Below, in pieces: positions 15,349-31,752 of a DNA stretch of 64,000 nt. Every line of letters begins with the position of its first letter. The first letter of the stretch is position 1. The DNA comes from the human T2T-CHM13v2.0 reference genome, Homo sapiens. The translations under genes were made by a program, and so were the position numbers. The notes beneath the pieces are model-generated. The model worked only from the letters and a program-made list of their open reading frames with translations. It made no database searches and was not told the origin of the DNA. The stretch lies in the NCBI RefSeq assembly GCF_009914755.1, contig NC_060930.1. One strand, 5' to 3'.

Positions 15349-17391
15349 GAAAGAAAAAAATAGATATATCAATGGAACAGAATACAGAACCCAGAAATAA
15401 CATAACACACTTACAGCCATCTGATCTTTGATGAAGTTGACAAAAATAAGCAATGGGGAAACGACTCTCTATTCAATAAATGGTGCTGGGATAACTGGCT
15501 AGCCAGATGCAGAATATGCAAACAGGACCCCTACCTTTCACCATAAACAAAAATTAACTCAAGTTGGATTAAAGGTTTAAATGTAAGACCACACACTATA
15601 AGAATCCTAGAAGAAAACCTAGAAAATACCATTCTGTATATCAACCCAGGAAAGAAATCATGACTAACTCCTCAAAAGCAATTGCAACAAAAATAAAAAT
15701 TGACAAATGAGGCCTAATGAAATGAAATAGCTTCTGCACAACAAAAAAAAAAAAAAAAAAGAAAAAAGCAAAAAAAAAAAACCACGATAAACAGAGTAAA
15801 CAGACAACCTACAGAATGGAAGAAAATACTTGCAAACTATGCATCCAACAAAATTCTAATATCCACAGTCTATAAGCAACAATTGAACAAGCCAAAAAAA
15901 ACCTAATTAAAAGTGGGCAAAAGACATGAACAGACACTTCTCAAAAGAAGACAAGCAAGCAGCCAACAAGCATATGAAAAAATGCTCAACATCACTAATC
16001 AGAGAAATGCAAATCAAAACCACAATGACATATCATATCACACCAGTTAGAACAGCTATTACTAAAAAGTCAAAAAATAACTTGCTAGCAAGGCTGAAGA
16101 GAAAAGGTAATTCTTATATACTGTTGGTGAAAATGTAAATGAGTTTATTCACTGTGGAAAGCAGTTTGGAGATTTCTCAAAGAACATAAAGCAGAACTAC
16201 CATTAAACTCAGCAATACCATTATTGTGTATATACTCAAAGGAAAATGAATTGTTCTACCAAAAGACACATGTACTCTTATGTTCATTGCATCACTATAC
16301 ACAATAGCAAAGACAGGGAATCAACCTAGGTTCTCATCAATGGTGGACTGGGTAAACAAAATGTGGTACATATATACCATGAAATACTACAGAGCCATAA
16401 AAAGAATAAAATTATGTCCTTTGCAGCAACATGGATGCAACAGAAGGCCATTATCTTAAGCAAATAAACATAGGAACAGAAAAGCAAATACCACGTTTTC
16501 ACTTATAAGTAAATGCTGAATATTGGGTACACGTGGACATAAAGATGGCAACAACAGAAGCTGGAGACTAGTAGAACGGGGAGAGAGGAAGGGGGAAAGG
16601 GCTGAAAATCTACGTATTAGGTACTATGCTCAGTACCTGGCTAACAGGGTCATTCATAACCCAAACCTCAGTATCATGCAATAAACCCACCTAACAAACA
16701 AGCACATGTACCCCTTGAATCTGAAATAAAAGATGAAATCATAAAATTATATATTGGAAGAATTTAGTCTCCTTGAGAAATGCTGTGAAGTTTCTGAGGT
16801 CTGTGATTATAATTTTTAAATTAAATAAAACTAAAAACCTGATCTAGTCATGAGGCACTAAAAATTAATTATGGCACTGCCTTTTTTGACCTTGATTTAA
16901 AAGAAAATGTTAATGAGGTTTGTTTTCACTGATGATAAATAGAATAAGAAAAAATTTAAATGTATCTTTAAAATTCTTTATCTGTCAAATGTTTCATTGA
17001 GGTATTAATATTATTAAATATATTTTTATACATTTCTTTAAAGTTAAGAACATGCATTTTTTTAAGGGTTTATTTTACCATAAGTCACTAGATGGTCACT
17101 GCTTTTATATGGTTACTATCCCAGGGTAAGTCCCAGACACAACTAATTTCCACAGATCAGAGTTTAAAAAGTGATTATATAAATACTAACATAGATAAAA
17201 TATTGATTTTTCAAAGTCCTCAGTCACTCAGTCAATCAAGAAGTGTATTTAATGAGTGTTTCCTGTGGATCAAGCACTGTTAAGCTACCTAGGCTTTAGT
17301 GGTGGTCAATTTTAGTTTAAAAAACAAGCAGAAATTTTGAGTTGCATAGAAATTGTCATTTGTTCCCCAAGACTGTGTCTGACTCCAGTTC

Positions 17392-17613
17392 TTTCTTTTT
17401 TTTTTTTTTTTAACTTTTAGGTTTGGGCATACACGTGAAGGTTTGTTAGATAGGTAAACACGTGTCATAGGGGTTTGCCGTACATATTATTTCATCACCC
17501 AGGTATTAAGCTCAGTATACAATAGTTATTTTTTCTGCTCTTCTCCCTCTTTCCACCCCTGCCTCAAGTAGACCCCGGTGCCTGTAATTTTCTTCTTTGT
17601 GTTCATAAGTTCT
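17392..17613 (-). mobile_element. L1PA12/13-like 3'UTR fragment
   Basis: Poly(T) then aacttttaggtttggg...catcacccaggtattaagc. Confidence 0.85.
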
Positions 17614-19109
17614 TCTTACCTAAGAATGATGACTGTACTTTTGTGGCAGTAACTGCCATATCTAAAAATCTAATCCCAAAGTCAAGTTTTCCTTCAAGAA
17701 CATGAAGCTCTTGTTTGCTTTTTTTCTCTTTCTCCTTCTCTCTTTCCATTCCTTAATTTTCTCTTCTTCCTTCTCATTCATCTTTAGTTCTTTTATTTTT
17801 GTCATGACAATGTGTAAAGCCACTTATAGAATGATAATCTTATTTTTATTTATTGTTTGTCAAGGGACAGAATGAAACCTTGAAGTATATATGTCATGTC
17901 AATAGAAATACTAACAGTTACAGGTTTCCTTAAATCAAACTCAATGATTTTTTATGTGTAAATGAAAATAAAAATCTACCCTCAATCCAGTGAAAATTCC
18001 CAGGCCCACATCTTTATAGCACACAGAAATAGCCAAGGATTATTACTACACATACAAGTTGCTGATTTCAGAGTTAGTGGTTGCTTTCCTTTTTAAATAA
18101 AATTTGAACAAAAAGAAAAGGATTCAGAAAAGATACTATTTTAAATTATTGTTTTAAGTAAATGACATAATGGATTTAGTCAGATTTTACTTAGTATTTT
18201 GACAAATAACTCTTTATACTTAATTAAGCTATAATAAATCTCATTTTCACAGTGTTTGTAAAAATGTTTTTTCTTTTGGCTGATAATTTACCATCAAATG
18301 CTGGTTGTATACATAACAAAGCATATTATAAACTCACTTTTTCTTCACATGCTTATTTTGTGTGATTAACTTTCCCTGAGAATTGTTACCTTTTTTTTTT
18401 TTTTTTTTCTTCTGTTTTTGTGTGTGTATGAAGATTCACCATGCTAGGGTTTGACTGTTTATGGTGTAAATACTATGTCAAGTCTTGACTCAAAATGTTT
18501 TTGGTGTTAGATACTTAATTTCTTCTTGAATTAATGCTGCTTCTTTTTTACTTTTTTTTCTGTTCCATTAGGGAAACAATTTTTAAAAATCTGTAATCAA
18601 AAGTACACTATTTTACTGCATTAAACCAATGTTGAATTTTTATTTTTTATAACAATTCCTGACAATGTTATATATGTTAGTAATATTATTCCCTGCTAAA
18701 AATATTTTCTCTTAAAGATAATATAATACCAAAAGTAAAGCCTGCAAAAATGAGAAAATCTCTATTTAGTACCATTTTGATATGTCTCATTAAACTTATT
18801 TACTGAAAATCACAAGTAACCACAAGTAAAATCAGGTACCATACTTACTGGTAGATATGCTGACTCCTTTTATATAAATTTCCTAAAACTTATAAAATGT
18901 GTTTTACATTTTACATAATTTTAGAAGTTACAAAAATCAGTCAAAGTAAATATATTTCTTACTAGGATTTGCTTTGAGGTGAAAGATTATCAACATATTC
19001 TTTATGTGAAAAAATGAGGAAATATCAGTAAGTTATATTCTGTTTATTCTCCCAGTTGCTATTTTCCTTTTACTTCTCTTCAAATAACATTTTAAAAGTG
19101 ATAATCAAG

Positions 19110-19111
<2 letters not shown>

Positions 19112-19142
<31 letters not shown>

Positions 19143-19421
19143 AGACGGAGTCTTGCTCTGTCACCCAGGCTAGAATGCAGTGGCACGATCTTGGCTCCCT
19201 GCAAGATCTGCCTCCCAGGTTCAATGGATTCTCTTGCCTCAGCCTCCTGAGTAGCTGAGATTACAGGCATGGGCCACCATGCCTGGCTATTTTTGTATTT
19301 TTAGTAGAGATGGGGTTTCACCATGTTGGCCAGGCTAGTCTCGAACTCCTAGGCTCAAGTCATCCATCTGTCTTAGCCTCCCAAAGTGTTAGATTACAGG
19401 TGTGAGCCACTGTGACCAGCC
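19112..19421 (-). mobile_element. AluS-type SINE
   Basis: 30-nt poly(T) plus full dimer; weak TSD tcaagtct/tcaattct. Confidence 0.92.
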
Positions 19422-20559
19422 TCAATTCTACTCTTATTCTTATGTTTCCTTCTAAAGTGATAAATTATGGTTTTCTCAAAATCCATGGTTATATAGATGT
19501 CAGTCTTCTTACCAGAAAGAGAATAAAGTGAAGATAGTTTTGCATGTATTTATTGATTGTTACTCAATTCATGATTCTCTTTCAGAAAGTGCTGGGAAAG
19601 TGAATCATTGTGAATGTCTAAAGGCTATCAACCTTTTCCTAACCCTTGAAACTTCTTCCTTTCTCAGTATCACTGAATGTAAAGTGGAATTCATTAATAC
19701 AGTTGTCTCCACACCAACGTTTTCTTCATGTTCTTCATTAAAACCCTTTCTCAGGCTTTTGCCATGTATTGGTGTTTTTAAAACAACTGTAAAAGAGGAT
19801 TTACATGTTTAGATCTAGAAACCATCTTTGTCTATTTTTAGGATTAGGACAGAGGAAGATTATAATGGCACTGATTTTCAGAAACTTAAGTTAGCTCCAG
19901 AAGACATTAAGTTAACCACTAATATTAACTGTAATCAAAAGAGATCATCAGATGTTCTGGCTGCTTTTCTGTTCCTCAGAGGTGAGACTTCTGTTGCTCT
20001 AGATATGGCTGGAGTCAGATTTGCTTTGGTGATAAATCAGTTGTAGAAATGACATGCCAAAGTTAGAAGAGTGATGTGATTTCAGTGTCCCAGACTCAGT
20101 ACTGTTAATGAAAGATCAAGGTCCAATTACTATTGAATTTTCAAAATTCTAGATTGGGTAATTGCAGTTAAATGATTTTGAACTTGTTTTTTATCTTCTC
20201 TTACTTCACCTTTAATTCTTGTACCCAAATAAACATCAAGATGTTTTCTGATGTTAAAAAAATGTTTTGCTAACAGATTGTGGTTCTGAAAATGTGTGAT
20301 TTGTACCACTTATCTCAATTTCAAATACAATTTTAACACAATGATTAGATCAACCTGTGTATTTGCCTCAGTGTTGGCAATTTAGAGTAATTGGTCTTGA
20401 ATTACCCAATGGTGCACTTATCATCAGTGTGTAGTCAGTATAATAGATTCCAGAGTCCCTTCATACATAACAATGTGATATGTTATAATATCTTTTTATG
20501 CTATTAAATATAATAAATAAAAGTAATAGATGCTTTCTGTAGGAAACCTGAAATGTACT

Positions 20560-21450
20560 GAAGAGGGTAAAAAGCAATTAAAAACTACTAAAACTACCAC
20601 ACCCAGAATTGATGTCTGTTAACCATTAAAACATTTTTTTTGGTCTTTTTTGTTTGATATGTATCTGAAGAGTTTAAAAATACATCGTTGTTTTTAGTGT
20701 AGTTTTTCATCCTGTTCTTTCATTAACATTATATCTTGAGAATTTGCCTTAAATATTCTTCAAAATTATGATTTGAATGACATTATATTCCATTTTATAG
20801 AGGTTCATAATGTATTTAGCTATTCTCATATTCAGTTTATTTTCAAGTTTTTTTACCTTTATATATCTTATTTTCCACATTAAATTTTTTTCTTTGATTA
20901 TTTGCATAAGGTTTCAAGAAGTGGGATAATTGATTGAAAATGTATGAACAATTTAAAGACTGAATAATGAATCCACTCTATCCTTCAAACAAGTATCAAT
21001 TTATACTCATACTAGCAGACTTTGACATTTCATCTCTCATAGCACCAGTGTTTTACCCACAGTACCATTTCGTTTTATTTGATAGATGAAAAATGTCTCT
21101 CTCCCTTCCCTCCTTTGAGACAGGGTCTTGTTATGTCGCCCAGGCTGGCTGGAGTGCAGTAGCATGATCACAACTCACTATAGCCTTGAACTTCTGAGGT
21201 CAACCAGTCCTACCACCTCAGCCTTTCAAAGTGTCGGGATTACAGGTGAGAGTCACAATTCCCAGCTTTAATTTCAATTTGTTTGAACATTTTAGAATAT
21301 ATTTTTTAACCATTTGTGTTTCTGTTGGATGTGTGACTTGTATGCTGTCTTTTGCCAATTTTCTGTTAATTTTTTAAAATTCATTTTTAAGAGTTTTTAA
21401 TGCATTAAGGATGTTAACTTTTGTATCTTAAATTTGTTCTTCATGAGCCA
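20560..21450 (-). mobile_element. Highly decayed L1ME-type 3' region
   Basis: attatattccattttataga...agaagtgggataattgattgaaaatgtatgaaca resembles ancient L1 3' ends. Confidence 0.5.
21114..21268 (-). mobile_element. Alu monomer (FRAM-like or arm-recombined AluJ)
   Basis: Right-arm 3' end joined directly to a caaagtgtcgggattacagg 5' end. Confidence 0.8.
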
Positions 21451-21459
21451 CTTTACTTT

Positions 21460-23351
21460 TTTGGTTATTTTTAATCAATATATCATAGCTGTACATTTTA
21501 TTGGACATGTGATATTTTGATACATGTATACAATGTGTAACTATCAAATCAGGGTAATTGGGATATCCATCAACTCAAATGCTTATCTTTTCTTTGTGTT
21601 GGGAACATTAAAATTCTAGACTTCTAGCTACTTTGAAATATACAATAAATTATGGTTAACTATAATTTTCCTACAGTACTATCAAATATTAGAACATATT
21701 CTTTCTATTTAACTGTATTTTTGTACCCATTAAGCAACATCTCTACGTCTCCCACCTCTTTCTTTTCCTGGTCTCTGGTAAGCACCATTCTACTCTCTAC
21801 CTCCATGAGTTCCACTTTTTTAGCACATACATGTGAGTGAGAACATGCACTATTTGTCTTTCTGTGCTGGCTTATTTCACTTAACATAATGATCTCCAGT
21901 TCTATCCATGTTGCTGCAAACAACAGAATTTTATTATTTTTTATGCCTGTATAGTATTCAATTTTGTATATATACCACATTTATTTTATCCATTCATCTG
22001 TTGGTGAGCATTTAGGTTGATTCTATGTCTTGGCTATTGTGAATAGTGCTGTAGTAAACATGGGAGTGCAGATTCCTCTTTGATAAATGGATTTTCTTTC
22101 TTTTGGATATATATCCAGTGGTGGACTTGCTTGATCATATGGTAGTTCTATTTTTAGTGTTTTGATGAATGCCATACTGATTTCCCATAGTGGCTTTACA
22201 ACTTTACACGCCCATCAATAGTGTATGCTTTCTCTGCATCCTTACTAGCACTTGTAATTTTTTGTCTTTTAGATGATATCTATTCTAACTTGAGTGAGAT
22301 GATGTCTCATTGTGGTTTTGATTGGTATTTACCTGATGTTGAGAATTTTTTTTCATGTAACTGGTTGTTATTTGTATATCTTCATCTAAGAAATATCTAC
22401 TAAGGGTTTTTGCCCACTTAAAAATTGGATTACTATTATTATCTTCATTTATTTGCTATTAAGTTCCTCATATATTTTAGTTATTAATTCCTTGTCATAT
22501 GAATAGTTTGTAAATATTTTTACCCATTCTGTAAACTGTTTCTTCACTTTGTTAATTATTTTCTTTGCTATACAGAAGCTTTTTAGCTTGATATAATCTA
22601 ATTCATCTATTTTTCTTTTGATGCCTGTGCTTTTGAGGTCTTATTTAAAAACTCTTTGCCCAGACCAATGTCCTGAAGTATTTTCCCAATGTTTTCTTCT
22701 AGTAGTTTCATAGGTTCAGGTCTTACTTTTAAGTCTTCAAGCCATTTTGAGTTGAATTTTGTATATGTTATAATGCGGAGATCTAGGGTTATTCTTCTGC
22801 ATACGTATATCCAGTTTACCCAGCACCATTTACTAATGAGATTGTCCTTTCCTCAATGTATGTTTGTGGCACCTTTATTGAAAATGGGTTGGCTGTAAGT
22901 GTGTGGATTTATTTCTGACTCTCTATTCTGTTCCTGTAGTCTATGTGTCTGTTTTTATGCCACTATCAGGCTGATTTGGATATTATAGCTTTATAGTACA
23001 ATTTGAAATCAGGTGGTATGATACCTCAGCTTCATCTTTTTTGGTTAGAATTGATTAAACTATTTGGGGTCTTTTGTAGTTCCATATGAATTTTAAAATT
23101 TGTTTTTCTATTTATGTGAAGAATGTCATTGGTATTTTGATAGAGATTGCATTGAATCTGCAGAACACTTGCAGTATAGACATTTTCAAAATATTGATTC
23201 TTCCAATCCATGAGCATGAGATATCTTTCCATTTTTTGGTTTCCTCTTCAATTCCTTTCATCAGTATTTTACAGTTTTTCTAATAGTGATCTTTCACTTT
23301 GGTTCAATTAAATCCTAGGTATTTTATTTTTTTTGTAGATTGAATTGGTTT
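21460..23351 (-). mobile_element. L1MA4-like LINE-1, 3' portion
   Basis: 3'UTR gatacatgtatacaatgtgtaactatcaaatcagggtaattgggatatccatc and decayed ORF2 C-terminus. Confidence 0.85.
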
Positions 23352-23759
23352 CTTTTTATTTGTATAAATTTAGGTGGTAAAAGTGCACTTTTGTTCTATG
23401 GATATACTGAGTAACAGTGAACTCTGGGCTTTTAGTGTATCCATCACTGGAATAGTGTACATTGTACCCATTAAGTGATTGCTTATTCTTCAACCCCCTC
23501 CTATCCTTCCACCCTCTGAGTCTCCAATGACTATTATTCCATACTCTAAGCCCATATGTACACTTTATTTAACTCCCACTTTTAAGTGAGAACGTATGGT
23601 ATTTGACTTTCTGATTCTGAGTTGTTTCACTTAAAATAATGGCCTCCAGTTCCATCCATGCTGCTGAAAAAGACATGATTGCTTTCTTTTTATGGTTGAA
23701 TAGTATTCTAGCGTGTGCATGTGTGTATTTTATACTATTATATTTATTATAATTTCTTT

Positions 23760-24138
23760 TTTTAATTTTCTTTTTAATTCTCAGCAAGGCAAGTTACTTC
23801 TATATAGAAGGGTGTACCCTTACAGATGGAACAATGGCAAGCGCACATTTGGACAAGGGAGGGGAAGGAGTTCTTATCCCTGACACACATGGCCCCTGCT
23901 GCTGTGTGGTTCCCCTATTGACTAGTGTTAGACAGCACAGGCTAAACTAATTCCAATTAGCTAATTTAAAGAGAATGATGGGGTGAGTGCTTTGGCAAGA
24001 GTCAGGGCAAAGCAGATAGCAGGTAATCAGAATGAGTTAGGGTGGAGCAGGTGATCAGAATGAGTTAGGGTGGAGTAGGTAATTGAAAATGTTGCTTTAC
24101 GAGGAAGTTAAGTTTAAAAGTAGAAGGCAAAGAATTGA
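23760..24138 (-). mobile_element. LTR10-family (HERV-I-type) U3-R fragment with A-tail, flanked by a 14-bp TSD
   Basis: gaagggtgtacccttacagatgg...ctttacgaggaagttaagtttaaaagtagaaggcaaagaattgaa; two 28-bp units aatgagttagggtggag; TSD attataatttcttt (23746-23759) / attacaatttcttt (24139-24152). Confidence 0.8.
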
Positions 24139-25502
24139 ATTACAATTTCTTTGTCAGTCATCCACTGATGGATACTTAGGTTGTTTTCATATTTTTGCTA
24201 ATGTGAATAGTGCTGCTATAAACGTATGAGTGCAGATATCTTTATAATGTAATGATATAATGATTTTTTTTCTCTTTGAGTGTATGTTCAGTAGTGGTAT
24301 TGCTGGATTGAATGGTAGTTCTAGTTTTAGTCCTTTGAAAAATCTTCATACTGTTTTTCATGGAGGTTGTACTAAGTTACATTTCTATCAACAGTGTATA
24401 AGCGTTCTCCTTTCTCCACATCCTCACCAACATGTATTATTTTTTCTGTTTAATAATAACCGTTATCACTGGGGTAAAATGATATCTCATTGCAGTTTGG
24501 ATTGTATTTTTGTAATAATTACTGATATTGATAATTTTTATATATACTTGTTGGCCGTTTGTGTGACGTCCTTGAAAAACACCTATTAAAGTCCTTTGCC
24601 TACTTTTTAATTGGATTATTTAGGAGATATTTTCTTGTTGACTTGTTTGAGTTTCCTGTATATTTGGAATATTACTCTGCTGTCAGAGGAATAGCTTGCA
24701 AATATTTTCTTTTATCCTGCAGATTGTCTGTTAAATCTGTCAATTATTTCTTTTGCTGTGCAGAAGCTCTATAGTTTAATTACATCCTATTTGTCTATTT
24801 TTGTTTTCATTGCTTATGCTTCTGAGGTCTTAGTCATGGCTTCTTTATTGAGACCAATGTCCAGGAGAGTTTTCCTAAGTTTTTTGCTAGTATTTTTACA
24901 GTATCGGGTCTTACAGTTAAGCCTATAATTCATCTTGAGTTGATTTTGGCATATAGTAAGAGATAGGGATCCAATTTTTGTCTTTTGCAAATGGCAATCC
25001 AATTTTCCCAAGACCACTTTTTGTAAAGGGTGTTCTTTTCCCATTGTATATTTTTGTTGACAGCCAAAGGCCAGTTGTCTGTAGATATGTAACTTTATTT
25101 CTGAATTTTTTGTTCTATTCCATTGATCTGTGTATCTATTTTTATACTAGTACCATGCTTATTGTCGCCTTGTAGTAACACTTGAAGTCAGGTAATATGA
25201 TGCCTCCAGCTTTCGTCTTTTTACTTAGGATTGCTTTGCCATTCAAGTACATTTTTGGTTTCATATGATTTTTAGGATTTCTTTTTTTCTAATTTTTTGA
25301 AAAATGGCATTGGAATTTTGAAAGGGATTGCTTTGACTCTGTACATTGCTTCGGGCAATATGGTCATTTCAACCATACTAATTCTGATCCATGAACATGG
25401 AATGATTCTCCACTCATTTGTGTCATCTATGATTTCTTCTGTAGTGTTTTGTAGTTGTCCTTGTAAAGATCTTTCACTTACTTGTTTAAACATATTCCTA
25501 GG

Positions 25503-25874
25503 CAGAATACTATGTAGCCATAAAAAGGATGAGTTCATGTACTTTGCAGGGACATGGGTGAAGCTGGAAACCATCATTCCCAGCAAACTAACACAGGAAA
25601 ATAAAATCAAAAACTGCATTTTCTCACTCATAAGTAGGAGTTGAACAATGATAACACATGGACACGAGGACAGGAACATCACACAGCAGGGCCTGTAAGG
25701 AGATGGGGGTCTAGGCAAGGAATAGCATTAAGAGAAATACCTAATGTAGTTGACAGGTTTATAGGTGCAGCAAACCACCATGGCATGTGTATACTCCTGT
25801 AACAAACCTGCATGTTCTGCACATGTATCCCAGAACATAAATTATATATATATAAACAAAACAACAACAACAAA
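25503..25874 (+). mobile_element. L1PA7/8-type 3' fragment inserted antisense in the host L1
   Basis: TSD aaacatattcctagg (25488-25502) / aaatatattcctagg (25875-25889). Confidence 0.92.
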
Positions 25875-26302
25875 AAATATATTCCTAGGTGAGATTTTTG
25901 TAGCTACTGTAAATGAAATTGACTTCCTGATTTGGTTCTCAGCTTGATTGTTATTGGTATTGAAATGCCTTTAAATTTTGCACTTTGACTTTAGATCTTA
26001 AAACTTTATGAATTTGTTTATCAAATAGGAGTTTTTTGGAGTATTGTTAAGGATTTTCTACACACAAGATCATATCATCAGCAAAGAGATAATTTGTCTC
26101 TCCCTTTTTCAAATTAAATGACTTTTATATATTTTCTCTTATCTGATTGCTCTGGCTAGACCTTCCAGTATTATCTTTGAATAGGAGTGGTGAAAGTGGA
26201 TATTTTTATCTTGTTCCAGTTCATACGGGAATTATTTTGACTTTTTTCTGCTCAGTATTATGTTGGCTGTGGGTTTGTCATATACAGCTATTATTATTTT
26301 GA

Positions 26303-26631
<329 letters not shown>

Positions 26632-26853
26632 GAGATTTTTTTTTTTTTATTATACTTTAAGTTTTAGGGTACATGTGTACAATGTGCAGGTTAGTTACAT
26701 ATGTATACATGTGCCATGCTGGTGTGCTGCACCCATTAACTCGTCGTTTAGCATTAGGTATATCTCCTAAAGCTATCCCTCCCCACTCCCCCCACCACAA
26801 AACAGTCCCCAGAGTGTGATGTTCCCCTTCCTGTGTCCATGTGTTCTTATTGT

Positions 26854-30672
<3,819 letters not shown>

Positions 30673-30735
30673 GATGATGTTAGCTGGTTATTTTTCTCAT
30701 TAGTTGATGCAGTTTCTTCCTAGCCTCGATGGTCT

Positions 30736-31752
30736 TTACAATTTGGCATGTTTTTGCAGTGGCTGGTACTGGTTGTTCCTTTCCATGTTTAGTGCTTCCT
30801 TCAGGAACTGTTTTAGGGCAGGCCTGGTGGTGACAAAATCTGTCAGCATTTGCTTGTCTGTAAAGGGTTTTATTTCTCCTTCATTTATGAAGCTTAGTTT
30901 GGCTGGATATGAAATTCTGGGTTGAAAATTCTTTTCTTTAAGAATGTTGAATATTGGCCCCCACTCTCTTCTGGCTTGTAGAGTTTCTGCCAAGAGATCT
31001 GCTGTTAGTCTGATGGGCTTCCCTTTGAGGGTAACCTGACCTTTCTCTCTGGCTGCCCTTAACATTTTTTCCTTCATTTCAACTTTGGTGAATCTGACAA
31101 TTATGTGTCTTGGAGTTGCTGTTCTTGAGGAGTATCTTTGTGGCGTTCTCTGTATTTCCTGAATCTGAATGTTGGCCTACCTTGCTAGATTGGGGAAGTT
31201 CTCCTGGATAATATCCTGCAGAGTGTTTTCCAACTTGGTTCCATTCTCTCCATCACTTTCAGGTACACCAATCAGATGTAGATTTGGTCTTTTCACATAG
31301 TCCCGTATCTCTTGGAGGCTTTGTTCATTTCTTTTTATTCTTTTTTCTCTAAACTTCCCTTCTCACTTCATTTCATTCATTTCATCTTCCATCAGTGATA
31401 CCCTTTCTTCCAGTTGATTGCTTCAGCTCCTGAGGCCTCTGCATTCTTCACGGAGTTCTTGAGCCTTGGCTTTCAGCTCCATCAGCAACTTTAAGCACTT
31501 CTCTGTATTGGTTATTCTAGTTATAGATTCGTCTAAATTTTTTTCAAAGTTTTTAACTTCTTTGCCTTTGGTTTGAATTTCCTCCTGTAGCTCGGAGTAG
31601 TTTGATCGTCTGAAGCCTTCTTCTCTCAACTCGTCAAAGTCATTCTCCATCCAGCTTTGTTCCATTGCTGGTGAGGAGCTGCGTTCCTTTGGAGGAGGAG
31701 AGGCACTCTGCTTTTTAGAGTTTCCAGTTTTTCTGCTCTGTATTTTCCCCAT
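30736..31752 (-). pseudogene. L1 ORF1 with nonsense mutation
   Basis: 1017-nt span (canonical length) but TGA at 31423-31425. Confidence 0.9.

Larger units (their letters stand above)
14625..16742 (+). mobile_element. 5'-truncated old L1 (L1PA15/16-like), interrupted near its 5' end by an AluJ and an L1PA2 fragment; main body 15361-16742
   Basis: ORF2 C-terminal remnants (MNRHFSKED) and 3'UTR; candidate TSD aaaattatata near 14613-14623 and at 16743-16753. Confidence 0.85.
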
